Shown here: positions 53,669 to 64,000 of the stretch, piece by piece
Position numbering within the stretch: the stretch's first letter is position 1
How the letters are laid out: every line of letters begins with the position of its first letter
Source: an uncultured Phycisphaerales bacterium
Lineage (GTDB): Bacteria > Planctomycetota > Phycisphaerae > Tepidisphaerales > Tepidisphaeraceae
Direction: 5' to 3'
NCBI GenBank assembly: GCA_963755915.1
Contig: CAVWLP010000002.1
Span: forward strand, 2,976,001-3,040,000
Length of the DNA stretch: 64,000 nt
Made by a program: the position numbers and the translations under genes
The notes under the pieces: model-generated
Told to the model about the DNA's origin: nothing
Seen by the model: the letters and a program-made list of their open reading frames with translations, nothing else
The model's database searches: none

Positions 53669-55306
53669 ATGGCCAGTGTTTTCAAACGTGGCGGCAAGAA
53701 AAACCGCGAAGGAAAGTACGTCGCATCGTTCTTCGATGAGAATGGGAAGCGTGTCAGCCGAAGCACGGGCACGACGGATTACGATGCCGCTTGCCAGGTT
53801 GCGGCACGATGGGACACCGACGTTGCCCTGCGGCGCCATGGCGTGATTGACGCGACGCAAGCCCGCATCGCCGATCAGAACCGGCAGCATATCAGGGAGC
53901 ATGTCGCCGATTATCTGGCCCATTGCAGGCATGTCGGGCAGGACAAAGCCCACATTGCCATCAAAACATCGCAGTTGGCCAAGCTCGTGGCTGGAATCAA
54001 CGCAACCCGGCTGTCCGATCTTGAGCCGAACCGGGTAGAGCGCTATCTGGCCAATCTGGTGACAGCGGGCAAATCACACAGAACGCACAACCAAAATCGG
54101 GCCACGGCAGTCGCGTTCATGCAATGGTGTTTCGAGCAAGGGCGAGTAGCGTCCAACTTGCTGAAAATCGTCCCGACGCTCAATGAAGCCAAGGATCGAA
54201 GACGTGTGCGGCGGGCGTTGAGCGAAGATGAATTGTCCCGACTGCTCGCGGTATCCGATGAACGTCGGCCCTACTACCTGTTTGCCTATTACACCGGCTT
54301 GCGGGTCAAGGCCGTCAAAGCCGCTATGTGGGGCGACGTGGATTTCGACAGTGCTTTGATTCGCGTAAAAGTCGGCAACGCCAAGGGCAAAAAGGATGAC
54401 ATTTATCAGCCTTTGCATCCCCGATTGCTGCAAGAATTGCGGCGGATGAGAAGTGAAATGCCGTTTGCATCCCAGGCTGATCCGATTTTTCCCGGTGTGC
54501 CGCTGGTCAAGACGTTTCACCGGGATTGCCAGCGGGCCGGAATCGAGCGATATGACGCGGACGGCAGGCAACTGGACCGTCATGCCCTCCGCACCACGCT
54601 CGGCACTCACCTGGCCCGTGCGGGCGTTCTGCCGCAACTGGCGATGAAGGTGATGGGCCACAACGACGTGCAGACCACGATGAAGCATTACACGGCGTTA
54701 CGTCTGGCGGACACGGCCAAGGCGATGAACGCTCTGCCGTCCATCGAACCGAACGCCAATGCGAATGCCGCGGCCCTGCGGGCGACGGGAACGGACCCGG
54801 CTAATGTGCCGTCAAATTTGTCGGGTTTCGGCGCACAGCATGTTCGACAGCAGTTGTGCGGCTCGGATACGCAAAATCTGACACCCACTGTCGCTGATAG
54901 CGAAACGACAAAATCGTCCGCACAAAAAACTGTGGTGTTCATTTCGCCCCAGAAAAACAGGGGTTTTGGCGATATTCAGCAGCGTGCGACAGCCATCGAC
55001 TTGAAGGAAATCGCCGCTCGCGATACCATCGAAAAAGTACGGGCGATTAGCTCAGTTGGCCAGAGCGTACGGATCACACCCGTGAGGTCACAGGTTCGAG
55101 CCCTGTATCGCCCATTTCCACTTCTTCGCACTGCGTCGCATTATCTCGCACAGAGTCGCAAGGCCCCGCAAGCGTGGGACTTACGGAATCTTCGCCGGAA
55201 CTGGGTGCGATATCCTGCGACGCCTTGCGAGCAGATGCTGCACCGGATTCTGCACCGCCTGTCTCAGACGCTGCTTCCGCCGCCTTTGCAAAATGCTCAT
55301 CGGTGA
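53669..55306 (+). CDS. Tyrosine integrase (integrated form, reads through attR and the tRNA)
   Basis: N-terminal arm-binding-like domain; TGLR, HALR, MGH, HY catalytic motifs. Confidence 0.93.
   Translation: MASVFKRGGKKNREGKYVASFFDENGKRVSRSTGTTDYDAACQVAARWDTDVALRRHGVIDATQARIADQNRQHIREHVADYLAHCRHVGQDKAHIAIKTSQLAKLVAGINATRLSDLEPNRVERYLANLVTAGKSHRTHNQNRATAVAFMQWCFEQGRVASNLLKIVPTLNEAKDRRRVRRALSEDELSRLLAVSDERRPYYLFAYYTGLRVKAVKAAMWGDVDFDSALIRVKVGNAKGKKDDIYQPLHPRLLQELRRMRSEMPFASQADPIFPGVPLVKTFHRDCQRAGIERYDADGRQLDRHALRTTLGTHLARAGVLPQLAMKVMGHNDVQTTMKHYTALRLADTAKAMNALPSIEPNANANAAALRATGTDPANVPSNLSGFGAQHVRQQLCGSDTQNLTPTVADSETTKSSAQKTVVFISPQKNRGFGDIQQRATAIDLKEIAARDTIEKVRAISSVGQSVRITPVRSQVRALYRPFPLLRTASHYLAQSRKAPQAWDLRNLRRNWVRYPATPCEQMLHRILHRLSQTLLPPPLQNAHR
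54833..54856 (+). repeat. Putative integrase arm-type site (partner at 43587-43610)
   Basis: gcacagcatgttcgacagcagttg vs gcgcagcatatttgacagcagttg, 21/24 identical. Confidence 0.7.
55001..55029 (+). promoter_or_regulatory. Element-encoded replacement tRNA promoter (TTGAAG-N17-TACCAT) inside int
   Basis: Same -35, -10, 17-nt spacer and 11-nt distance to the tRNA as at 43466-43494. Confidence 0.8.
55041..55114 (+). tRNA. tRNA-Val(CAC)
   Basis: Acceptor GGGCGAT/ATCGCCC, D-arm GCTC/GAGC, anticodon arm TACGG-AT CAC AC-CCGTG, T-arm ACAGG-TTCGAGC-CCTGT; CCA not encoded. Confidence 0.95.
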
Positions 55307-55490
55307 TCTGCAGGTAGTGATCGCGCGCTACCACCTCGCTGTTGCCAATCCAGGCACACACCACGTGAGCAGGCCAGCTTTCCGTCAGTTCCGTCTGGCG
55401 TGAAGACCGAAGATTCTGAAAAAGCTTTGGTTACGGCTCGATCCCTGCCTTGGCAAGAATCCAGAGAAATTGTGTGCGAATGTTCATCTG
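55074..55490 (-). pseudogene. C-terminal remnant of a second tyrosine integrase, running antisense into the tRNA 3' end
   Basis: Manual translation: MNIRTQFLWILAKAGIEP*PKLFQNLRSSRQTELTESWPAHVVCAWIGNSEVVARDHYLQ...; in-frame TAA, N-terminus missing. Confidence 0.85.
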
Positions 55491-55577
55491 TTCCGACGTT
55501 CATCTGTTCTGATTCTCGGAATTTCCACGCGACATTTTGCATATTACATCGGCCGGTCGATTTCCGTAGTCCCGTCG

Positions 55578-56968
55578 TCAGAAGCTCAAATTCAGGCGCA
55601 TGCCCAGGATCACCGCCGTACTTGTGTTCGGCAGGGAGGGGTCATTGACTTGCACATCAAGAGCAAGGTGAGTCGCCGGCGTGATTGCTATGTTGTAGAA
55701 GGCCTCAAACCCTTGCCCGAAATCGTCGATACCCAGCAGACCGTTGATGCGCGTGTCCTGGAATCCGGTGTAGTAGTAGCCGACGCCAAAGACGTCGTTG
55801 CCGCGCGATGGAATCATTCCGCGTCCGCCCAGGCCAATGCTGGCAGACCATTCGACCGGATTGGTTTGCTGATCGGCGAGGCCGGCGCGGGCAAAAAAGC
55901 CAAAGCCCTGATGATCGGGCACGCCGTCGGCAAGATTGATCAGGTTGTTGGTAGGGTCTTTGACAAAGAGATATTGCCAGGTACTCCAGTAGACCGCCCA
56001 TGTGCTGTTCTTTTGAGCAACTGACAATTTCTGGCCCGGCTGTAATATCAGCTCTCCACCAACCTGGTTAAAGTTCTGATCGAAGGAGTAGAGTCCGCCG
56101 ATGTTCATTCCCCCAGGCAGCGTAACCAAGCGATATTGAAAGTCCGCCTCCGCACTCCACGACGCGCCTTTTCCGAAGTCTTCGAAACCGGTGGTCGTGG
56201 AGGAATCAGTCGTGTTGATCAAGCTGCTGCTGACGGAGATATTCCGCGTCGGCATCCACCGAACTGCCAGGCCCAGACTGCTATATGGCAGCCTTAACGC
56301 CATCGCGGAATTGAAGAGAAAGTTGGCGTTCATGAACTGGCTCTTGCCGCGGCCGGAGGCGAATTCGTTGAGGTCGCCATCGAGCGTGTCGAATTTTCCG
56401 ACGGATACCGCCAATTTCTCGCAAAGGACCTGTGTGTAATTCAGATCCGTGACGGTGATAGGGACACCTTCATCAAGCTGCGGTGTCAGCGGGAAAAACG
56501 CGGTGGTATTGACCGGCAGGATCGTCCCGGCGATTCCATTAACCGAGTTGCCGTAGCGCGACTCTGCCCGAATCGTCACCAGCGCACCGGCAGAATTCCC
56601 ATGCGCATCAGGTCCAGGTCGAGCAGGTAGTCGAGGTGCCCGCCGTACTCCGTGCCGCTCTCCGATCCACCACTGACGACGCTCTGCATGTACTGCGTCC
56701 AGTCCACATCAAGTTGGACCCCCTTATTGGCTAGTTTGGTCCGCGCACCGTACCAATCGCCGGTGAGATATGAGCGATTCCAAAGATCACCGCCATAGTC
56801 GGGAACGGACAATAAGCCTTCTGGCTGGGTTGTAGTCGCAGTTGCACGCAACGTCGTCGCCGGGGGCGATTCGCCGTCGGCCGCGAACGTGGGTGAGGCC
56901 ATCACAAGCAACATTGCCAAAGCGGGCCCGCTCAACCAGCCGCTCACCGATGAACTGATTCGCATCAT
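55578..56968 (-). CDS. Carbohydrate-selective porin, OprB family (frameshift ~56580)
   Basis: Signal peptide, 'LTGDW.G.R..L...G', 'EAFYN..ITPA..L..D.Q', C-terminal F. Confidence 0.85.
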
Positions 56969-56977
56969 GTCGGCTCC

Positions 56978-58411
56978 TCACCGAATGGCGGTTTCCATCT
57001 CCGAACGCGAGGTTTCTGTCGGGAATCGGCCGGCGCAAGTCGCGGCGCGGAACGCCTCGTAGTCCGTTTCCACCTGGTCGGCGTAGACGACCGCGTAGTC
57101 CATGACTGCGGCATCGAACTTCCCCCCGGCACCGAGATACCCGCTGATCTCCGCCGCTTTCCCTGATTTAGCATGCGCGAGCCAGCGTTCGCCCGCAGAG
57201 CCGCGCATAGCCCAGCAGAAGCTCCTCGTTGACAGTCGCGATGTCCGGAGAGACCTTATGATCCCGCAGTTGTCGAACGTAATAGTCGTTCCCGTGCGGG
57301 CCGCGCGACCAGCCGAGAAAAACGTCACTGGCGGATTGCATCACCCGCTGTCCAACAACCACGCGCTCGCCGTTATTCTCGCTCTTCGACCGGCCGGCCA
57401 ATCCTTCGAGCACCGAAGGTCGCGTCTCTTTCACCTGAAGAAAGAGGGGATCGTTCGTGTCCGCCATCCAGAGTGTCACAAAACAACGAGTTCCCACAGA
57501 GCCGACGCCGACGACTTTGTACGCAACATCGACGAGCCGATAGCGATCGAAGAGAATGCGCCGCTCGGGCGGTAAAGTCGTCCTGTATGCGTCGAAGAAC
57601 TGGATGATGTCCTTCTTCATGGTGTGGTCGGATAGATTGCCGTGATAGAGAAGCGGCGGCTGGTCCACGATTCGCGGCTGGTCGTTTACATTCATCGTCA
57701 TCTTGTGAAAGATCGCCTCCGACGTGCTCTTCGTGGCGCTGCGGACGAGCCGGTTAAGCCGTTTGCGCAGCACCGGATCTTTCCGCACAGGTTCCATTAC
57801 ATCGTCAAATGTGATGCGCGCATACCAGACATCCAGCACGCTCATCCCGGCGAACTTGGCAATCTTTTCGCGGTATGCCCGCACGACTTTCGTTGCGGAG
57901 TCCCGCGCATCGCGCTACCGAAGTTGCGCCACCGGGCCGCCAACACAAAACTCGCCGCCAATCGCTTCAGGTCCCACTCGAAGGGCGCGGGGAACGTCTC
58001 ATCGAAATCATTGATGTCGAAGATCAGGGTACGCTCCGGCGAGGCGAATCCGCCGAAGTTCAACAGGTGACAATCTCCGCATGATTGCACGATGATCCCG
58101 GCCGACGACGTGCGGTACAGATCCTGCGCCTGAACTACGGCCGTGCCGCGAAAAAATGCGAACGGCGATTCCAGCATTCGTGAGAACCGGACGGGTAATA
58201 GATTCTCGAGGCGCCCGCCATTGGATTTCTCGATAAGCGAAAGCGGATCACGCTTCGGATAGTCTAGGCCCGCTTTCGAATGACTAGATCGCGGACACTT
58301 GGAGCGCAGCGATCGCCCTTTGGATTGCCGTGCCGTGCGCGATTCCGGCATATCCCGCGGCATTCCTGCCCGCTTTGTGCGCTTGCCACCTGATGTCTTC
58401 TTTAACCGCAT
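56978..58411 (-). CDS. DUF2252 family protein (frameshifted)
   Basis: 'RM..SPFAFFRG', 'CGDCHLLNFG', 'FDINDFDE', 'KVVGVGSVGTR', 'YYVRQLRD.K'. Confidence 0.88.
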
Positions 58412-58451
58412 GGAAATCCGTCCGCGTTGTTGCTCAAAACTCCATCCATCT

Positions 58452-58550
58452 TCAACTTGCCTCGCGGGCCTCGGGTAACTTCCAAATTCAGTCGAGGATT
58501 TCCTTGCGCGGGCAATACAGCCGCACCATGTAATTCCAGCCGGGCACGAT
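58452..58550 (-). pseudogene. Remnant 3' end of a DUF1214-type gene
   Basis: IVPGWNYMVRLYCPRKEILD*IWKLPEA resembles DUF1214 C-termini. Confidence 0.6.
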
Positions 58551-58584
58551 CGCTCCATCCCGGAAAGGCGGAGCCGCTCGACTA

Positions 58585-60203
58585 TCAGTCGTTGCCATTG
58601 GCCTTTCCCATGTCCTCCATCTTCCGCATCACCTCATCGAGGTTGAAGCTCGCGGGTTTTTGACGCGGCGGGAACTCCTTGAAACTTGCCAGCCACTTGG
58701 CGGCGAAGGTCTGCATCGGCACCTGCACGAACGCCCGGCGGAACATCCAGTCGGCGTAATAGATGCTCTCGGGGCCACGCTCGAAGGGGTCGGTGCGCAG
58801 GTTGTAGAGTTTCGGCAGACGCAGCCTGGTGAACTGGCCCTGCCACACGCCCACGGGCGCTTCGGGGGACATGTGCGTGTTCTGCTCCATGAACGTGGTC
58901 TTCCACATCTCGTAGCGAATGGCCATCAGGTCGCCGTCGTCGGACCAATAGATGAATTCCTTGCGCGGCGACTCTTTCACATCGCCCTTCAGGAACGGCA
59001 TGAGGTTGTAGCCGTCGAGGTGAACCTTGAACGTCTTGCCGTCGGCGTCGTAGCCTTTCATCACTTTGGCGACGAGATCGGGCTCGCCAGCGGCGGCGGC
59101 GAACGTGGGGATGAGGTCTTCGTGGGCGCAGATGTCGTTGATGACAGTGTTGGGCTTGATCACGCCGGGCCAGCGGATGAGCGTGGGCACGCGGAACCCA
59201 CCTTCCCAGTTGGTCGCCTTCTCGCCTCGGAAAGGCGTGGTGCCGCCGTCGGGCCAGCTGATCAGCTCCGCGCCATTGTCGGAGGTGTAGACGACGATGG
59301 TGTTGTCGGCGATGCCGAGGTCGTCGAGTTCCTTAAGAAGCTGGCCGACATGCGCATCGTGCTCGACCATGCCGTCGGGATAGACGCCCAACCCCGTCTT
59401 GCCCTCGCTCTCTTTCTTGAGATGCGTGATGATGTGCATGCGGGTGGAGTTATAGTAGCAGAAGAACGGCTTGTTGGCCTTGGCCTGCTTGTCGATCCAC
59501 CCGACGGCGGCATCAGTGAACTCATCGTCGATGGTTTTCATTCGCTCGACGGTGAGCGGGCCGGTGTTTTCGATCTTCTGCTTGCCGACGCGGCCCCACT
59601 GGGGATCGACGGTGGGGTCGTCGGTATCGGTGGCCCAGGTGTGCATGACGCCGCGCGGGCCGAACCTTTGTTTGAATGCAGGGTTCTTCGGGTAGTCGGG
59701 GTTTTCGGGCTCTTCCTCGGCGTTGAGGTGGTAGAGGTTGCCGAAGAATTCGTCGAACCCGTGGACGGTGGGGAGGAACTTGTTGAGGTCGCCCAGGTGG
59801 TTCTTGCCGAATTGGCCGGTGGCGTAGCCGAGGTTCTTCATGAAGTCGGCGACGGACGGGTCCTTGGGATCCAGGCCGATGTCCGCGCCCGGCAGGCCGA
59901 CCTTGGTCAGCCCGGTGCGAATCGGGGACTGCCCCGTGACGAACGCCGCGCGACCGGCGGTGCAAGATTGCTGGGCATACCAGTCGGTGAAGCGGCACCT
60001 TCATTGGCGATGCGATCAATGTTGGGCGTACGATAGCCCATCATCCCGCTGTTGTAGCAACTGGGATTAAACCAACCGATGTCATCGCCCATGATGACGA
60101 GGATGTTGGGCTTGGCCTGCTGGCGCGCGCCACTGGCCGGGCGCAAAAGCATGATAAAGACTGCCCCAAATATGGCGGCGATCAACGGTTTAGGCGTACG
60201 CAT
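58585..60203 (-). CDS. Arylsulfatase, Cys-type (frameshifts near the N-terminus)
   Basis: 'KPNILVIMGDDIG', 'QQSCTAGRAAF' (CxAxR), 'FGKNHLGD', 'TSDNG'. Confidence 0.92.
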
Positions 60204-60228
60204 GACGGTCTCCTTGTAAAAATGTCCG

Positions 60229-61218
60229 TTACCTGGCTGGGAAAATCGTTTTCCAATCATTTTTCATATCAACGACGGTCCATCCGCGGTGCTGGGCCTC
60301 GTCGAGGGCTTTATCCAGTTTTCCAATGGACGATTGGCGGTCGTAGGCGAACTCGCGGACGGCATCGGTGTGATGCACGATCATGCCGAAGCGAGCGCCT
60401 TCGCCCGTCGTCGTCCACTGGAGCATTTGCAGATCGCCATCGGAGTTGCCGAAAGCCATGACCGGACGCCGGCCGATGAAGCGGTTGATGCCGATCGGCT
60501 TACCCGGGCCGTCGTCCACAAATTCGATCTTCGGTTCCTTCACCAGAACCGGCGTCCCCTCGCGCATCTCAAAGCGCACCTCGCCACTGCTGCCGATGAC
60601 CTGCTCCGGAGGAATGCCGTAGGTTTCCTCCGCGAAGGCGCGCATGAACTCCACGCCGCCGCCGGAAACGATGAAGGTCTTGAATCCGCTGGCCCGCAGA
60701 TAATTCAGGACTTCGAGCATCGGCTGATAGATGCACTGGTTGTAAGGCCGGTCGTATTTCGGATGCTTTGCCGTGGCGATCCATTCCCTCACGATGCGAT
60801 TGAACTCGTCGGTGGTCATGCCCGCGTGCGTGGCGGCGATGATTTCGAGCAATCCTTTTTCGCCTGTGGCGGCGAGCCCCTTCATGTCGCCTGCGAGGAT
60901 CGATTTATACGGCTCGGCGTCCTTCCACTCCGGATGGACATCTGCCATCGCCTTGATGCGATCGATGGCGAAGAGAAGCTCGAAATACATCGGCTGCTCG
61001 CACCAGAGCGTGCCGTCGTTGTCGAAAACCGCGATGCGATCAGCGGGCTTGACGAAATCCGGCGAACCATCCTTCGTCACCCTGGTGACGAAATCGATGA
61101 TCGCGTTCTTCGATGCACCGTCATTCCATGACGGCAATACATCGTCTGGCTGGGCCCATGTCGCGCGATTCACCAACAGGACAAGCGCTATCGCTATGGA
61201 AATCATCCGTTTCATCAT
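60229..61218 (-). CDS. HAD-family secreted acid phosphatase-like hydrolase
   Basis: 'AVFDNDGTLW.EQP', 'VSGGG', 'AFGNSDGD'. Confidence 0.9.
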   Translation of the reverse strand: MMKRMISIAIALVLLVNRATWAQPDDVLPSWNDGASKNAIIDFVTRVTKDGSPDFVKPADRIAVFDNDGTLWCEQPMYFELLFAIDRIKAMADVHPEWKDAEPYKSILAGDMKGLAATGEKGLLEIIAATHAGMTTDEFNRIVREWIATAKHPKYDRPYNQCIYQPMLEVLNYLRASGFKTFIVSGGGVEFMRAFAEETYGIPPEQVIGSSGEVRFEMREGTPVLVKEPKIEFVDDGPGKPIGINRFIGRRPVMAFGNSDGDLQMLQWTTTGEGARFGMIVHHTDAVREFAYDRQSSIGKLDKALDEAQHRGWTVVDMKNDWKTIFPAR

Positions 61219-62290
61219 TTGCCTTCATCAATGGAAATCACGCAGCGAAACCCGATATGCTCCGCCCCGGTATCCGGCGGCGTGCCTCGGCGAGCGGTGG
61301 GTCGATAACTTTCGCAATAGCTCACGCTGCACAGGAACGAGCCACCCTTAATGACCCGCCGGGTGGAGTACGGATCGCTGGGGTCGAATGTGTCGGCGGG
61401 ACCGGCGGGATTGATGCAGCAGATCGACTTTTGGCTGTAAAGCGATGCGATCGATTGGGCATGAGCGTCGGCGCGATACCAGTCCGCGGTCCATTGCCAG
61501 ACGTTGCCGGCCATGTCGTAAAGGCCATATCCATTGGCGGGGAATGCTTTGACCGGACTGGTGCCGGCGTAGCCGTCTTCGCCGGTGTCTTTCACCGGGA
61601 ATTCGCCGGTGAAGGTGTTGCACATGAATTGTCCACCGGGGCGGAATTCGTTGCCCCACCAGTAGCGCGTGTTGGTCTTGCTACCGCCGCGCGCGGCGAA
61701 TTCCCATTCGGCTTCGGTCGGCAGGCGCTTGCCCGCCCATTTTGCATAGGCGACGGCATCGTACCAACTCACCTGCACGACGGGATAATCCCCCTTGCCG
61801 TCGATACTGCTGCCCGGCCCCCGTGGATGACGCCAATTCGCGCCGCGCGTCCAGGTCCACCATTGCGACAAATCATTCAGGTCAACCGGATGATCCGTCT
61901 GAGTGAAGACCAGCGATCCAGGCTGGAGCATCTCATCCGGCGGCTTGGGCGTGCCGGGCGGAACCTCTTTCTTCATCTCATCCCAATTCACCGGACGTTC
62001 GGCGGTGGTGACATATCCGGTCGCGTCGACGAATTTCTGGAATTCGGCATTGGTGACATCGTGCTCGTCCATCCAGAATCCGTCGAGCTTGACCTGATGG
62101 GCGCCATGCTCGTTGGCCGGGGTGTTCAAATCTTCGGTGCCCATGAGGTACTGGCCCGCGGGAATCCAGCGCATCCCCGCCGGTGCCGTGCCGGGCCGCG
62201 TCGAGCCATTCGTGCGATGCGATAGCATTCCCCAGCGCCGGCGGCGAACAGACCCACGCCGACGATCGATAGGATGGCGAATCGTTTCAT
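61215..62290 (-). CDS. Formylglycine-generating enzyme (SUMF1/FGE family); N-terminal frameshift
   Basis: 'RLPTEAEWE', 'DMAGNVWQW', 'KGGSFLC..SYC..YR', 'HIGFRC'. Confidence 0.92.
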
Positions 62291-62823
62291 CACACGACTT
62301 CTTGAATGGGATTCTTTTGGTTTCATGGTTTGCTCCATGGGTAAAATTTCGGAAAACCATTCCATGCCCTGAGTGCCGTCGTTTTCCCATTGGGCTTTGA
62401 CAATTCCGAGACACGATTAACGCCAATGCCCGGTTGCCACAGCAACCTTTGTTCCGATGGAATCTCCGGTGGGCATTATCTCGGTTGGAAATGAAGGAAA
62501 ACACAGGATTTTTACGGGGATAATGGTCAGAAATCTTACGCGCGTGGACCGCTGGGCGAGCGCCGACGCATCGCACGCGGCTATGCGACTGGCGTGTGGG
62601 GAAAGAGGCATCTCGGCAGCAGCGAAGGACGATAGCCGAAATCAACGCAATGCTCAGGTGGAAAAGTGCGAGGCAATGCAGCGCCTGCAGGAATAGCTGA
62701 CGAGTATGTCACTCCGTATTTTTACCGAGTCTCCGGTCCGGTCATTTTCGCTTATCCCAATTTCACTATTCGATACCATGGAACTAAAGCTAATCCACAT
62801 GACTCTATGCGAATGGAGGAGCC

Positions 62824-64000
62824 ATGAACCCCGAATCGACCAGGCTGGAAGAAGCCAGGACGCATGGAACCCCCTGGCGGAAGTGGGGACCGTATCTCAG
62901 CGAGCGGCAATGGGGAACCGTGCGCGAGGACTACAGCGAATCGGGCAATGCGTGGGATTACTTCACTCATGACCAGGCCCGCTCGCGCCTATCGACGCGG
63001 TGAGGATGGATTGGCGGGATTTTCCGATAACAAACAATACCTCTGTTTTGCCCTGGCCTTCTGGAATGGAAAGGATCCAATTCTCAAAGAGCGTCTCTTC
63101 GGACTGACCAATAGCGAAGGTAATCATGGCGAGGATGTAAAGGAATACTATTACTACCTCGACAGCACTCCGACGCATTCGTACATGCGCTATCTATACA
63201 AGTATCCGCAGTTGGCCTATCCCTATGGCGACATCATCACGACTAACCACAATCGCAGCCTGACCGAGCCGGAATACGAACTGATCAGCACCGGCGTATT
63301 TGATAAAGACCGCTACTTTGATGTCTTCGTCGAGTATGCCAAAGCGGCGCCAGAAGACATTCTGATCAGAATTACGGTCGCCAATCGCGGAAGTGAACCG
63401 GCGACCCTGCACATCCTGCCCACGATCTGGTTTCGTAACACTTGGTCTTCGCGGCAGCAGTCCGAAAAACCCGCCATGCACATCATTGATGGCCCGCGCA
63501 GATTGCGCACCATCGTTGCGGCCCATGAAACCCTGGGCTCACGCTGGTTCTACTGCGACGGCGAGCCAGAGCTGCTCTTCACCGAAAACGAGACCAACAA
63601 CGCGAAAATCTTCAACACACTTAACTCTTCGCCTTTCGTCAAGGACGGCATCAACAATTACGTTGTCGGTGGAGACCGCAATGCGGTAAACCCGTCGCAC
63701 ACCGGGACCAAGGCTGCCGCTCACTACGTCGTGGAAGTGCCTGCTAATGGCGAATCGATCATCCGGCTTCGGCTGCGCGATACGGCGCCAAGCTCCGAAC
63801 CGCCCTTCGGCATCGGATTCGACAACGATTTCCGAACACGCAAACGCGACGCCGACGAATTTTACGCCAGCGTCCTGCCTGCAAAGGCCACAAAGGACGA
63901 GGCGCTGGTAATGCGTCAAGCCTTGGCCGGGATGCTCTGGTCCAAGCAGCATTATAATTTCAATCTAAATGAATACCTGCTCGAACGCGGCGTGGATCCG
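62824..64000 (+). CDS. GH63/MGH1-like glucosidase (5' part, runs off window)
   Basis: Manual translation: MNPESTRL...[18 protein letters not shown]...GEDGLAG...[31 protein letters not shown]; small frameshift ~62995. Confidence 0.85.

Larger units (their letters stand above)
43505..55062. mobile_element. Integrative mobilisable element / integrated plasmid (~11.5 kb) in the 5' end of tRNA-Val(CAC)
   Basis: 23-bp att repeats; tyrosine integrase + xis; RepL-like Rep, ParA/ParG, MOBF relaxase, resolvase, TA pair. Confidence 0.92.

Overview
This 64-kb window looks like Planctomycetota DNA, probably Phycisphaerae/Tepidisphaera-like; that is inferred from gene style, not proven. (1) 1-~43.4 kb is core chromosome: an HtrA-type protease, an RdgC-like protein, an MnmE-like GTPase, rseP, dxr, a Kdo hydroxylase, xylB, lpxD, fbaB, a MATE transporter, mdh, clpX, a sialate O-acetylesterase, TPR-GT41 O-GlcNAc-transferase-like genes, hrpB and an M29 aminopeptidase. 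Its + strand is extremely C-rich whatever the gene orientation. It carries several short palindrome families (some in-frame inside genes), a ~130-bp dispersed repeat, and two ISs. One is an IS1111-type IS110 element inside a copy of the 130-bp repeat, whose putative bridge/seek-RNA guides can be read directly from the sequence. The other is an IS903-like IS5 element. (2) 43505-55062 is an 11.5-kb integrative mobilisable element (RepL-like Rep, ParA/ParG, MOBF relaxase, resolvase, ParE-type TA, xis, tyrosine integrase) inserted in the 5' end of tRNA-Val(CAC). Its attP lies inside the integrase ORF, so integration swaps the integrase C-terminus. The integrase CDS also encodes a copy of the tRNA promoter that rebuilds the host tRNA gene. 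(3) After the tRNA comes a decayed second integrase, then an accessory cluster: OprB porin, DUF2252, arylsulfatase, HAD phosphatase, formylglycine-generating enzyme and a GH63-like glucosidase. Many single-base frameshifts in housekeeping genes are most likely long-read assembly errors. All family assignments come from motif recognition by eye; no database searches were run.
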